Part shown: in pieces, positions 54,053 through 64,000 of the stretch
Layout: each line of letters begins with the position of its first letter
Numbering within the stretch: position 1 is the stretch's first letter
Assembly: GCA_965242865.1 (NCBI GenBank)
Contig: CBDETK010000013.1
Span: 288,001-352,000, forward strand
Direction: 5' to 3'
Length of the DNA stretch: 64,000 nt
Source of the DNA: Candidatus Latescibacterota bacterium
GTDB taxonomy: Bacteria > Latescibacterota > UBA2968 > UBA8231
The notes under the pieces: model-generated
Database searches by the model: none
The model's input: the letters and a program-made list of their open reading frames with translations, nothing else
Told to the model about the DNA's origin: nothing
Translations under genes and position numbers: made by a program

Positions 54053-56170
54053 ATGGAAATTCGCCAATTCGCCGAGCAGGTGCTCTTCGGAACGCGCTGG
54101 GAAGACAAGCTCATCGTCCTCGATCGCTATGAGGACCACGCGCCCGGGGCGGGGATTGAGACCCCCAGTGCCCCGGGCCGCCCGCCCGGCTTGGGGCTGG
54201 ACGAGTGGCACCAGCGGGAAAAGCTCCGCTTCCGCGACGTGCGCCACTTCCACAACGAAAAAGAACGCGGGCTGGTCTTGCACTTTTTTGCCAATCACGA
54301 GCTGCTCGCCTTGGAGCTGATGGCACTGGCCCTGCTCAAATTTCCGCAGGCCCCCAAGAAGTTTCGTCGCGGCTTGGTGCAGACGCTCAAAGACGAGCAA
54401 GAGCACGTGCGGCTCTACCAGCAGCGGATGCAGGAGATTGGGGTGAAGTTTGGCGAGATTCCGGTCGGCGACTTTTTCTGGCAGGCCATCGGGCCGATGG
54501 AGACCCCGATGGACTTTGTAACGGGCTTGAGCCTGACCCTCGAACAAGCCAATCTCGACTACTCCAAGCACTACGCCGCGATCTATCGGCAGTTGGACGA
54601 CCCAGAGACTGCGGCGATTCTGGAGCGGATCTACCGCGACGAAATCGGCCACGTCAAACACGGGTTGGCGTGGTTTAGACGCTGGCAGGAGGCCGGGTTG
54701 AGCGAGTGGGAAGCCTATCGCCGGGCACTGCGCTTCCCGCTGGGACCTGCGCGGGCCAAAGGCATTGGCTTCAATCGCACGGGTCGGCTCAAGGCCGGGC
54801 TTTCCGCGGATTATATCGACGAGTTAGAGCTGTTCTCGCAGTCGCGGGGACGCTGTCCAGCCGTGTACTGGTTCAATGCCAACTGCGAGGAGCAAGTGGC
54901 CTTGGGGCGGCCCGGTGTTACGCCGCCGCAGCGGGTGGCCGAATTGGAGGCCGACTTCCAAGCGCTGCCCATGCTCCTGTGTGCCCGCGATGACGTGGTG
55001 CTCCTGCGCGCAAAGCCTTCGCCGGCCTTTTTGCGGCGGATGCAGGAGGTGGGCTTTGCGATTCCAGAGTTCGTCGAATGCAGCGCGGATGGCCTAGCGG
55101 CCCTTGCCGAGCGCAAGGTCAACGTGCTCAGACCTTGGGGCTGGAGTCCAGACAGTGCCGAGTTGCTCGCACCATTGGCCGCGGGCTTGCCGCACGGTGG
55201 AGAAGGGCCTTGCTGGAGCACGGCACTTAGGTCGCTCTACGCCAAGTCGTGGAGCGCGGCGCGACTGGGCGAATTCCTCGCAGTACACGAGGCCGACTAC
55301 TTCTGCGGGACGGATGCGGTCGGCACGGCTTGCGAGACGACGGAACAAGTCCTAACGCAGATAGAGCGTTTGGCGGCGGGTTCTGGCGCGGTGGTCGTCA
55401 AGGCTCTGTACGGCTCTTCGGGCCGGGGCCAGATCCACTGCCGCGAAGGTCAGGTGCGCGCAGAGCAACGCGGCCAGTTGGCGAACATGTTGCGGCGGCA
55501 AGGCCAAGTCGTAGTAGAGCCGTGGCTCGACAAGGTGGTGGATTTGTCGCTGCATTTCGATGTGGGGGGCGAGGGTGCGGCGGTGGTGGCTGGCTGGACG
55601 CGGTTTCTCACCGATGGGCGCGGGCAGTATCGCGGCTCGTTTGTCGGCTCGCTCACCGCTGGCCTCGACGAGGAGGCAAAGCGATTTCTCTACGGCGATG
55701 GCCGCGATGCACGCCGCTTACCGCGCTTGGGCGAGCAACTGGCCGAATGGCTCGTTGAGCCGTTGTGCGCTGCTGGTTATCAAGGGCCGGTTGGCGTGGA
55801 TGCCATGGTGTACCGCGACCGCGACCGACTGCGGCTAAAGCCGATTGTGGAGCTCAACCCGCGCACGACGATGGGTCGGGTGGCACTCAAGCTGCGACAG
55901 GCGGTTAATTCGGCGCGCACGGCCCTGTGGTTGGTACTCAGCCGCCGCGAAGTGGTAGCGGCTGGATTTGCTGGCTTGGCCGAATGCGCCGCTGCGCTGG
56001 AGGCCGCGCATCCGGCCCGGCTGATGCCCGATGGCAAGCAATTGAGCGGTGGGGTGCTTTTTACGACCGATCCAGCCCAGGCCCGTTCCTTCGCCACCGC
56101 GCTGCTGGTCGGCGAATCGCTGGCCGAGTGCGAGGAGTACCTGCGAGAAGCGGGGCTGGTGCTCAAGTAG
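54053..56170 (+). CDS. Ferritin-like DUF455 domain fused to an ATP-grasp-like domain
   Basis: HFFANHELLALE, DEQEH, LEQANLD, DEIGHV diiron ligands; C-terminal VVKALYGSSGRG, VVEPW, GPVGVDAM, VELNPRTTMG. Confidence 0.78.
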   Translation: MEIRQFAEQVLFGTRWEDKLIVLDRYEDHAPGAGIETPSAPGRPPGLGLDEWHQREKLRFRDVRHFHNEKERGLVLHFFANHELLALELMALALLKFPQAPKKFRRGLVQTLKDEQEHVRLYQQRMQEIGVKFGEIPVGDFFWQAIGPMETPMDFVTGLSLTLEQANLDYSKHYAAIYRQLDDPETAAILERIYRDEIGHVKHGLAWFRRWQEAGLSEWEAYRRALRFPLGPARAKGIGFNRTGRLKAGLSADYIDELELFSQSRGRCPAVYWFNANCEEQVALGRPGVTPPQRVAELEADFQALPMLLCARDDVVLLRAKPSPAFLRRMQEVGFAIPEFVECSADGLAALAERKVNVLRPWGWSPDSAELLAPLAAGLPHGGEGPCWSTALRSLYAKSWSAARLGEFLAVHEADYFCGTDAVGTACETTEQVLTQIERLAAGSGAVVVKALYGSSGRGQIHCREGQVRAEQRGQLANMLRRQGQVVVEPWLDKVVDLSLHFDVGGEGAAVVAGWTRFLTDGRGQYRGSFVGSLTAGLDEEAKRFLYGDGRDARRLPRLGEQLAEWLVEPLCAAGYQGPVGVDAMVYRDRDRLRLKPIVELNPRTTMGRVALKLRQAVNSARTALWLVLSRREVVAAGFAGLAECAAALEAAHPARLMPDGKQLSGGVLFTTDPAQARSFATALLVGESLAECEEYLREAGLVLK

Positions 56171-56303
56171 GAAGCGAACTGAGGTAAGCGATCTTACGCA
56201 CGGGCTTCTTGGATATAGGATGCTGCTCATGCCTAAAGACGCAGCGTAGGCCGCGCCGAAGGCGAGGACGCAGCACAAGACCGCGCCAAGGGCGCCGGAC
56301 CCG

Positions 56304-56927
56304 CTAATTTTCCTCGACAAACGAGCGCAAATCCCCTTTGCCCACCCGCAGCACCTCGGCGCGATCCCCCACCAACGACACCACGCTCGAAGCCTCCACC
56401 GGCAGCGGCCCGCACTCCAAGATCAAATCCACTTGCGGCCCCAACTCTTCCTCCAAGGCCCACGGCTCGGTCAGCACGGCTTGATCGGCGTAGTTCGCGC
56501 TGGTGCTCAGGATGGGTTGGCCGAGGGCGCGGACCAAGGCCAGCGGCACTGGGTGATCGGGAATCCGCAGGCCGACCGTCTTCTGCTTGGTTTGGAGGAT
56601 GCGCGGCGTCTGGCGGGTAGCGGGCAACACAAAGGTGTACGCCCCCGGCAGGCACTGCTTGAGGATGCGATGGGCATAATTGGAGACGCGGGCGTAGTCG
56701 CTGATGTGGGTCAGGTCGGCGCACACAAAGGACATGGGCTTCTTTTTGTCGCGCCCCTTGATGCGCTGTACGCGCTCAATCGCCTGCTTGTTGGTGATGT
56801 CGCAGCCGAGGCCGTAGATCGTATCGGTGGGATAGACGAGGACGCCGCCTTGGCGCAACACCTCAACGGCGCGCTGGATGTGGCGGCCTTTGAGGCGGTC
56901 GGGATGCACGGTCAGGACTTGGGCCAT
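56304..56927 (-). CDS. L-threonylcarbamoyladenylate synthase (Sua5/YrdC/YciO family)
   Basis: YPTDTIYGLGC, IKGR, PGAYT, VGLRIP, LSTSAN. Confidence 0.9.
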   Translation of the reverse strand: MAQVLTVHPDRLKGRHIQRAVEVLRQGGVLVYPTDTIYGLGCDITNKQAIERVQRIKGRDKKKPMSFVCADLTHISDYARVSNYAHRILKQCLPGAYTFVLPATRQTPRILQTKQKTVGLRIPDHPVPLALVRALGQPILSTSANYADQAVLTEPWALEEELGPQVDLILECGPLPVEASSVVSLVGDRAEVLRVGKGDLRSFVEEN

Positions 56928-56928
56928 T

Positions 56929-57663
56929 TTAACGCTCCCGGTCAATTTTGGCGACCCACGCCTCGACGACGGCCGCGATCATGGCTTGGCCGTGCTCGGC
57001 ATTGGCCGTGTAGCTGTTTCGCGCCTCGTCTTGCTGGCAGTACCAAGGCGGCGCGTCGCCGAGGCGGTCTTGCTCCACCAGCTCGGGACGTGCGGCGAGC
57101 AGGAAGGAGGTCTCGTTGTACCCGGCGTGATCGCCCCCGGCCGGCGGACTCGATTCCGGGAGGATCATGGGCTGTACTTCAATGCGCCCGCCCCAAGAGC
57201 CGGCCCGGTTGAGCGCGTCGCGGTCGCCCCACCAGCCGCGTGGGTGCCCCTCGGCGAGCACCTGCTCAAATGCCAGCTCGGCTGCGGCCTTGCTAAAGGC
57301 CAAGGCGAGGGGACCGCCCATGCCTTGGTGCATGATGATGACGTAGGTCTTGCGAAAGCCCATTTCGAGAAAGTTGCGTAGGATGCTCTTGACCAAGCGG
57401 CCAAAGGCGTCGTAGTCCGGGTCGATGGTCCCGTCGGCCGGGCCGCCGAGGGCATAGCCGGTGGGGCCGTAGTCAAACGACGGGGCAATGGCGCAAGGAG
57501 TGTGTGCGGCCACGCGGTCGCAGATCGCCTCGACGATGAGGGTGTCGTGGCCGATGGCCATGTGCGGGCCGTGGGTCTCGATACAGCCGGCCGGCACGAG
57601 CAGGGGATGCCCTTGGGCCACCGCAGCGGTGAGTTGGTAGGGACGCAGGTGCTTGAGGTACAT
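56929..57663 (-). CDS. Creatininase family protein
   Basis: [27 protein letters not shown]. Confidence 0.85.
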   Translation of the reverse strand: MYLKHLRPYQLTAAVAQGHPLLVPAGCIETHGPHMAIGHDTLIVEAICDRVAAHTPCAIAPSFDYGPTGYALGGPADGTIDPDYDAFGRLVKSILRNFLEMGFRKTYVIIMHQGMGGPLALAFSKAAAELAFEQVLAEGHPRGWWGDRDALNRAGSWGGRIEVQPMILPESSPPAGGDHAGYNETSFLLAARPELVEQDRLGDAPPWYCQQDEARNSYTANAEHGQAMIAAVVEAWVAKIDRER

Positions 57664-57740
57664 GGAAGCTCCTTGTTGGGGCCGCGGAATTGGGCATAAT
57701 ATAGGCTAGGAAGAACACGTCAAGCGAGGACATTGAGCAG

Positions 57741-59642
57741 ATGGCGCACACGGTGATTGGCACGGCCGGGCACATTGACCACGGCAAAACCCTGTTGGTC
57801 AAGGCCCTGACCGGCATGGATACGGACCAAGCCCCAGAAGAGCGGGCGCGCGGGATTACCATTGAACTCGGGTTTGCCTTTTTGGGCGATCGGGCCACGA
57901 TCATCGACGTGCCCGGGCACGAGCGCTTCGTCAAGACCATGGTGGCCGGCGTCAGCACCATTGACGTGGCCATGCTGGTCATTGCCGCCGACGACGGGGT
58001 GATGCCGCAGTCGCGGGAGCACCTCGACGTGTTGCGGCTTTTGGGGGTTGAGCGCGGGGTGGTGGTGATCAACAAGGTTGATTTGGTGGAAGAGGAGTGG
58101 TTGGACTTGGTGGAGGAAGAGGTGCGCGAGTTTGTGCGCGGAACTTTTTTGGCGCCGGCCGAAATGTTCCGCGTCTCTGCGCTCAGCGGCGCGGGCATTG
58201 CCCCATTGCGGCAGCGGCTGTTGGCCATGGCCGAGGACACCGCAGCCAAACGCACGGACGCGCCGTTCCGCCTGCCCGTAGATCGGGCGTTTGGGGTCAA
58301 GGGCTTTGGTCTGGTCTGCACGGGCACGGTGCAGGCCGGGGCCTTGGCCGAGGGCGACCGCGTCGAGGTCGCGCCCGAGGGGCGATTGGTGCGCGTGCGT
58401 CGCTTGCAACAGCACGGAGCGGCCGTACAAGCGGTGCGGGCCGGCGACCGCGCCGCGATCAACTTGGCCGGCGTGGAGCAGGGCCAACTCGCACGCGGGC
58501 ACTCGCTGGTCGCGCCCGGATTTTTTCGCCCCACCCAAATGCTAGACGCCCAAGTGCAGCTCCTCGCCGCAAGCCCCGTGCCCATGGCGTCGCGCACCCG
58601 CGTACGCCTGCACTTGGGCACCCGGGAGATTATGGCGCGGGTCGTCCTCCCTACGGCCAAGCCGTTGACGCCCGGGCAGGAGAGCTTCGCCCAGCTTCGC
58701 TTGGAGGCCCCGGTCGTTGCGGCTTGGGGCGACCGCTTTGTGCTGCGCCGATACTCGCCGGCTCTGACGATTGGCGGCGGTCGGGTACTCAACCCGCATC
58801 CGGCCAAGCACCGGCGCTTTGAGCCGGCGTTGCTCGCGCATTTGCAGGTGTTGACCGAGGGCGACCTGCCCGAAGTCGTGGAGTGCTGGCTCCGCGGCGC
58901 GGACGACCGGCTCAAGAGCCAGCAGGTGCTGGCCGGCGAGCTGGGCCTCGGAGTGGAGCGGTTGACGCGCTGGACGGACGCACTCGTGGCGGCGGGCCGC
59001 GCCGTGCGCGTGACGTCCGAGGGACAGCCGCACGTTTTGCATCGCGCCGTGTGCGAGCACTGGGGGGCGCAGATCGAGGCCGCGCTGGCCCGCTTTCACC
59101 GCGTCCAGCCGCTCAAGTTGGGATTGCCGCGCGAAGAGCTCCGCAATTTGAGTGCCCGCTACGTCCAGCCCGAATTGTTCGACTGTGTGTTGCGCTACTT
59201 GGAGGAAGCCGGGCGGGTCGCGCTGGACGGGGCCGTGGTGCGGGCTGCGGCGCACCGAATATGCTTTACCCCAGAGCAAGCGGAGCTCAAGGCGGCACTG
59301 GAGGCGCGGCTCAACCCCGCGAATTTCGCCAACTTGCCGACGCTGGCCGAGCTAGCCCAAGCCCTCGACGCCTCGCGGGCCGAAGTGGCGGATATGCTGC
59401 AAGCGCTGCAAGCGCTAGGGGAGGTCGTCGCGTTGGAGGGGGGCTTGCTGATCCATTGTGCAGCCCTTGCCCGCGCTCGGGCACTGTTGAGCGATGTTCT
59501 CGCGCGCGACGGCGAGATTGCGGTCGCTGCATTCCGCACCCTGATTGGCAGCAACCGCAAATGCGCCATCGCGCTTTTGGGCTACTTTGACGCCGAGGGC
59601 CTGACGGTGCGCCGGGGCGATGTGCGGGTTTTGGTGGGCTGA
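57741..59642 (+). CDS. selB: Selenocysteine-specific translation elongation factor
   Basis: [40 protein letters not shown]-terminal winged-helix [24 protein letters not shown]. Confidence 0.95.
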   Translation: MAHTVIGTAGHIDHGKTLLVKALTGMDTDQAPEERARGITIELGFAFLGDRATIIDVPGHERFVKTMVAGVSTIDVAMLVIAADDGVMPQSREHLDVLRLLGVERGVVVINKVDLVEEEWLDLVEEEVREFVRGTFLAPAEMFRVSALSGAGIAPLRQRLLAMAEDTAAKRTDAPFRLPVDRAFGVKGFGLVCTGTVQAGALAEGDRVEVAPEGRLVRVRRLQQHGAAVQAVRAGDRAAINLAGVEQGQLARGHSLVAPGFFRPTQMLDAQVQLLAASPVPMASRTRVRLHLGTREIMARVVLPTAKPLTPGQESFAQLRLEAPVVAAWGDRFVLRRYSPALTIGGGRVLNPHPAKHRRFEPALLAHLQVLTEGDLPEVVECWLRGADDRLKSQQVLAGELGLGVERLTRWTDALVAAGRAVRVTSEGQPHVLHRAVCEHWGAQIEAALARFHRVQPLKLGLPREELRNLSARYVQPELFDCVLRYLEEAGRVALDGAVVRAAAHRICFTPEQAELKAALEARLNPANFANLPTLAELAQALDASRAEVADMLQALQALGEVVALEGGLLIHCAALARARALLSDVLARDGEIAVAAFRTLIGSNRKCAIALLGYFDAEGLTVRRGDVRVLVG

Positions 59643-59765
59643 CTACGGCGCGGTGCGGTGTGTTGGCGAGCAATCTGCATACCTTGAAATATGAGCGACC
59701 GCCGCACAAATTTCAAGGTATCCATTTACTGGATAGACTCCCGCGTCAGAGCCCCCAACGATTCA

Positions 59766-60491
59766 TCAGCCTTCGTCGTACCCCTTTACGGGCCGCGCCC
59801 AGATATTGCGATAGCGCACTAAATCGCCGTGGTCTTGCAAGCGGAGCGGGCCGGTGGGGGGGTGCGCTTCGTAGCGATAGACGCCGCGGTGGCCGGTGGG
59901 GCCTAAAATCTCGACGTGGTGGTGGACCAAGACGCCGTTGTGGATCAACGTCAGATAGGCCGGGCTGACCAACTCGGCGCCGTTGAAGCGCGGGGCCTGC
60001 CAGAAGATGTCGTAGGTCTGCCATGCGCCGGGCGGGCGGCAGGCGTTGACCAGCGGTGGGTACTCGCCATAGACGGCGGCCGTGGTGCCGTCGGCGTACG
60101 TGGGGTTGTCGTACCCGTCGAGGACTTGGATCTCGTATCGGCTCATGAGAAAGACTCCGCTGTTGCCGCGCCCTTGGCTCTCGCCTTTGACCTCGCTGGG
60201 ACAAGCAAATTCGAGGTGGTACTGGACATCGCCAAAGCGCGCTGTACTCGCGATGTCGCCGGTGCGGGGCGCGACCTCCAGGTATCCGTCGGCCACTCGC
60301 CAAGGCGCGTCGCCGCCGTTGACGCTCTGCCAGCTATCGAGACCGGTCCCGTCGAAAAGGACGACCGCGTCTGAAGGGGGGCTGTTGTCGCGGCCGGGCG
60401 TCACGACCGCCGGGGTTGGCCGCCGGTAATCGTGGACGCAATAGGGAGAGTTGGGGAGTAGGGGGGTATCGTCGTACCCTGATTTGCCCAT
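59766..60491 (-). CDS. DUF1080 (3-keto-disaccharide hydrolase-like) protein
   Basis: PSDAVVLFDG, GNSGVFL, YEIQVLD, WQTYDI, LQDHG..VRYRNIW. Confidence 0.88.
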   Translation of the reverse strand: MGKSGYDDTPLLPNSPYCVHDYRRPTPAVVTPGRDNSPPSDAVVLFDGTGLDSWQSVNGGDAPWRVADGYLEVAPRTGDIASTARFGDVQYHLEFACPSEVKGESQGRGNSGVFLMSRYEIQVLDGYDNPTYADGTTAAVYGEYPPLVNACRPPGAWQTYDIFWQAPRFNGAELVSPAYLTLIHNGVLVHHHVEILGPTGHRGVYRYEAHPPTGPLRLQDHGDLVRYRNIWARPVKGYDEG

Positions 60492-60620
60492 GGCAAAGCT
60501 CCTTGTTGGGGGTGGCTGGATTGGCATATAAGGCATATAAAGGGAGCCGGCCGCGCTCGCGTCAATAGCTCGCCTAGGTGCGTTGGGTTATATTGAGGGC
60601 CGTTCAACTTGGAGGGCGCG

Positions 60621-62600
60621 ATGTACAGCATTGCCCTGATCGCGCTTGCGCTGTGCTCCGCGGCGGAAGCGCAAATATCGCGGTGGCAAATCGGCGGGGC
60701 CGGGTTGGCGTGGGAAAAAAGCGACACCACGCGGGTCATCATGGACGTCAGCGCCGAGCGCATCCGGCCGGTGTATTTTGCCGCTGGCGACAACATGTTC
60801 CTGTCGGTAGCGGGTTGGTCCGAGCTGATCGCCCCGCGCGAGTTGGGGTACATCAACGGGCATCAGCCGCGGTTGTGGTACGGCGACGGTACGAACGTCA
60901 ATCAGACTTCGTACTACGACAGCCCGCTCTACGTGGATGGGTTGCGGAGCACGTACAACACGGCCCGCGACGGCTGGTGGACCATAGACATCGGCGTCCC
61001 GGTGCCGGCCACGCGCTTTGGGTTTGCCACGCCGACCGAGGGGATTCGCTCCGACGGCGTACCGCTCAACCAAGACCCGGTGCCGGCCTTTGAGGTGAGC
61101 ATGGCCGCTGAGGCGAGCGACATCCTCGCGCAAAAGGGCTATCACCGCTTGAACACCCTCATCGCGGACGTGCCGGTCAACTTCGATTCAGAGGTCGCGC
61201 TCGATTTTCCCCGCCAATACGTGCGCTTTGTGCGCTACCAGCGCAAAGCATCCGCGCTCGACGAGCAGCGCACCACCGACAGCAACACCGTGCGCGGCAC
61301 CATCGCCGAGTTTGTGCTCACCGGCCGCGGCGTCCCCAAGCGGGCCATTTACCGAAGCAAAATCCTCGACTTGGGGGCCGAGGTCAATTTTGGCCGCTTG
61401 GCGTGGGCCGCCCGCGCTCGGCGGATGGTCGGCCCAGAGGCCGTGGCCGCGCCAGACGCCGCGGCGTGGGTGGAGGTGGAGGTGCGAACCGGCCGCGACA
61501 GCGACCCCAATATCTACTATGAATACACGGATTCGGGCCGGGAGTTTGCGGTGACCCGCGTGCGCTACGAAGGCGAATTGCGCCAGCCCGAGACCGAGGG
61601 AATCCTGCAAATTGACCGCCAGCCCGGCATCCGCGCTTCCATTGGGTACGACCGGGAGAACTGGTCTTTTTGGTCCAGCCCGATCGCAGAATCCGGCACG
61701 TGGCTCGACTTGCGCAACGGCTCGCATTTGCAGGTCCAAATCACCCTGCAAAGCCGGGCTTTTGACGACTGGGTGGAGCTCGATTCGCTGTGGATCGAAA
61801 CCTCGCCGCCGCTGGCCGCTCAGATCGTGGGCGAGATTGCCCGCGCCGCCGACATGCAGCCGGCCCTCGGGTTTGTCCAAGTTGAGTTGGGTACGCGGGA
61901 GACGTTTGTGTACGATGTGCGCGCTTCGTTTGCCAACGCCGCGGAAGGGGGCTTTGACCGGGTGCGGATCCACACGGGTATTGCGCCCGAGTTTGTGCGC
62001 TTGGAAATGGGCGACCCGCTCTCGGCCGTCGAGCCGCTCGCCGCAGTCGCCAACGACGCCAGCTTGGAGGTGCTGCTGCCGCAAAAGGTAACGGCCGAGT
62101 CCAACGAGCCGTTGCGCCTAGTCTTTGCCGCGGAGATTTTTGCGCGGGCGACGACCTTTACCGGCGAGGTCTCGACCGAGGACGACAGGCGCCTGCCGCA
62201 GCCGATCGAGCCGGGCGACGCCAGCGACGCGGTCTCCACCAATAGTCTGCGGGTGCTCGGCACGGCGGCCTCGGCCTCAGAGGTCGTCCGGCGCGTGCGC
62301 TTGTCGAGCGGGGTCGTCACGCCCAACGGCGACGGGGTCAACGACCGCGTAGATCTAGCGTACTCGCTCTTTCTCCTGCCCGCGCCCGTGCCGGTGGTGC
62401 TCGCGGTGTACGATTTGGCAGGCAACCGGCGCGCCCACGTGGCGGTCGGGCTGCAGGGCACTGGGCCGCAGCGGGCCTTTTGGGACGGCCGCGACGAGCA
62501 GGGGGTGCTCCTGCCGCCGGGCCTGTACTTATTGGAGCTGACGCTGGCTACCGAGGCCGAGCGCGGGCGCACCGTACAGCCCGTTGGCTTGGCCTATTGA
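60621..62600 (+). CDS. Secreted protein with C-terminal FlgD-Ig-like domain
   Basis: Signal peptide; C-terminal TPNGDGVND...VYDLAG...WDGRDEQG..LPPGLY. Confidence 0.75.
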   Translation: MYSIALIALALCSAAEAQISRWQIGGAGLAWEKSDTTRVIMDVSAERIRPVYFAAGDNMFLSVAGWSELIAPRELGYINGHQPRLWYGDGTNVNQTSYYDSPLYVDGLRSTYNTARDGWWTIDIGVPVPATRFGFATPTEGIRSDGVPLNQDPVPAFEVSMAAEASDILAQKGYHRLNTLIADVPVNFDSEVALDFPRQYVRFVRYQRKASALDEQRTTDSNTVRGTIAEFVLTGRGVPKRAIYRSKILDLGAEVNFGRLAWAARARRMVGPEAVAAPDAAAWVEVEVRTGRDSDPNIYYEYTDSGREFAVTRVRYEGELRQPETEGILQIDRQPGIRASIGYDRENWSFWSSPIAESGTWLDLRNGSHLQVQITLQSRAFDDWVELDSLWIETSPPLAAQIVGEIARAADMQPALGFVQVELGTRETFVYDVRASFANAAEGGFDRVRIHTGIAPEFVRLEMGDPLSAVEPLAAVANDASLEVLLPQKVTAESNEPLRLVFAAEIFARATTFTGEVSTEDDRRLPQPIEPGDASDAVSTNSLRVLGTAASASEVVRRVRLSSGVVTPNGDGVNDRVDLAYSLFLLPAPVPVVLAVYDLAGNRRAHVAVGLQGTGPQRAFWDGRDEQGVLLPPGLYLLELTLATEAERGRTVQPVGLAY

Positions 62601-64000
62601 GCACGCGACGCATGGCGGTCTTTCTCTTCTGCGCGATTTTCTGGGGCAGCCCCCTCGCGGCCGAGGTCTTTACCTTTGACAGCACCGAAAAGTGGCAGAC
62701 TTGGCAGCTCCCGCAGGGGCTGGTGCAGCTCGGCCCCTCTGGGCATCTAGCGTTGGTCAAGTTCCGCAAGGACATCGATCCCGTCGGCAATGCGGGTGAA
62801 TTTTTCCACGATACCATGGAGCGCCAAGCCGTGCAGGGCGGCATCTTTCGGGCGGGGTCCAATCCAAGCGACGCCTTTAAGATCATCGACAGCGACGCCA
62901 ACACGTTTTGGCGGCCCGACCCGGCCGATCCGCTGGCCAAGTGGGAGGTCGAGATCGACTTGGGCCGGGCGGTGTTGGCCCAAGAGCTGCGCTTGCGCTT
63001 CCCCAACCAAGAAGGTGCCCGCCCCTTGCGGCAGTTTACCGTGTATGTGTCCACCGGGGCGACGATCGATCCCCGGAAGGATTTGTTCCGCTTTGAGTCC
63101 GTGTATCAGACGACCTTGCCCAACGAGGCGACCGAGCTCCGCATCGGGCTGAGCGGGCGCAACGACACCACGCGGGTCTTAGACCCCGGCTTGGATGTGG
63201 TGCTGGCGGACGCGGCGCGCTTCCGGGTCGTCCAGTACATCCGCATTGGCGTCGATGAGCAGAGTGCGGACGCGGCCCTCGCCGAGGTCGAGATCCGCGC
63301 GGTCGGCGACAACCTCAGCCTCGGGGTCGTAGAGCGCGGTGGGGGATTTGCAACCGGCCTAGTGGTGCGCGACGTGGTGGGCTTGGTCGACGGCGACATG
63401 AATACTTACGCCAACAAGTTCACTACCTATCGAGCCACCTCTGGCTGGCGCAACGAAGGGCTGTGGTGGGAGCTGGATCTGGGGGCCCAGTTCTGGATTG
63501 ACGAGATCTTCCTCTACTTCAACGACCGGGGCGAAGGGGCTTCCGGCTCTTCGGTGCGCAACGGGGGCACGGGATTCGCCTTTTTGGTCTCGGACGGTCG
63601 GCGCACGACCGCGGGCGAGGTGGACTACGATCGGCTGGTGGCCCACGGCAACGAGCAAAACCCCGCGGTCACGCCAGAGCGGCACTATCGCTACCTGTTC
63701 GAGCCGCGCAAGGTGCGCTACCTATTCTGGCACGGCTTTCTCACCGAGCAAGAGTGGCACGCGCGCCCGGCCGAGCTGATGCTTTTTTCGCCCGGCTACC
63801 CGGCGCAAGTAGTGCTGCGCTCGGGCTTTATCGACTTGGGCCAGATCGTCGGCGACGGCCGCCCCAAGGCCATTCGGAACCTGTCGTGGGATGCGGATTT
63901 GCCCGCGGGCACGCGGATGCAACTGCGCTCTCGCTCGGGCGCGGTGCTCAGCGAGGAGTACGCGTATCACAACAAGATCGGCGAGGCGGTCACCGAAGAG
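62597..64000 (+). CDS. Secreted protein paralogous to the upstream gene, truncated by the window end
   Basis: Open frame from TTG 62597/ATG 62612 (MAVFLFCAIFWGSPLAAEVF...) to the edge, with WEVEIDLG and WWELDLG discoidin-like motifs; no stop, so absent from the ORF track. Confidence 0.7.
   Translation, partial: MSTRRMAVFLFCAIFWGSPLAAEVFTFDSTEKWQTWQLPQGLVQLGPSGHLALVKFRKDIDPVGNAGEFFHDTMERQAVQGGIFRAGSNPSDAFKIIDSDANTFWRPDPADPLAKWEVEIDLGRAVLAQELRLRFPNQEGARPLRQFTVYVSTGATIDPRKDLFRFESVYQTTLPNEATELRIGLSGRNDTTRVLDPGLDVVLADAARFRVVQYIRIGVDEQSADAALAEVEIRAVGDNLSLGVVERGGGFATGLVVRDVVGLVDGDMNTYANKFTTYRATSGWRNEGLWWELDLGAQFWIDEIFLYFNDRGEGASGSSVRNGGTGFAFLVSDGRRTTAGEVDYDRLVAHGNEQNPAVTPERHYRYLFEPRKVRYLFWHGFLTEQEWHARPAELMLFSPGYPAQVVLRSGFIDLGQIVGDGRPKAIRNLSWDADLPAGTRMQLRSRSGAVLSEEYAYHNKIGEAVTEE

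Noticed and set aside
57741-59642. Selenoprotein genes or SECIS elements near selB
   Set aside because: I saw no in-frame TGA read-through candidate, selA or selC in this window

Overview
GC-rich bacterial chromosomal window. The gene repertoire (sulfatase, GH88, enolases, FlgD-Ig secreted proteins, Rpn) suggests a Latescibacterota/Gemmatimonadota/Poribacteria-like organism, but this is inference only. The backbone carries housekeeping and catabolic genes: pdxST, ubiD-family decarboxylase, acnA, modABC, mtnP, tsaC-like, selB, tRNA-Glu and a sulfated-glycan catabolic cluster. The main find is an AT-richer, tightly coupled 7-gene operon of about 11.6 kb (15168-26806) between the ubiD-family gene and acnA. 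It encodes an alphaCTD-repeat/sigma-region-4 protein, a GNAT fused to a tRNA-guanine-transglycosylase (DpdA/TGT-like) domain, a DUF4007/BrxA-like protein, a small P-loop ATPase, a large BrxC-like ATPase, a PglZ-like phosphatase and a HerA-like ATPase. It looks like a BREX-type chassis in which the methyltransferase is replaced by a base-exchange/acetylation enzyme. Other notable signals are an in-frame 135-bp MITE in the first island gene, an Rpn gene frameshifted by a related palindrome but keeping an internal small-ORF start, a vapBC cassette bracketed by a duplicated gene 5' end, a promoter-structured RNA-terminator unit ahead of a DUF3800 gene, an AAA/DUF3226 pair and a possible poly-C phase-variation tract. 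All family assignments come from motif recognition by eye, not from database searches.
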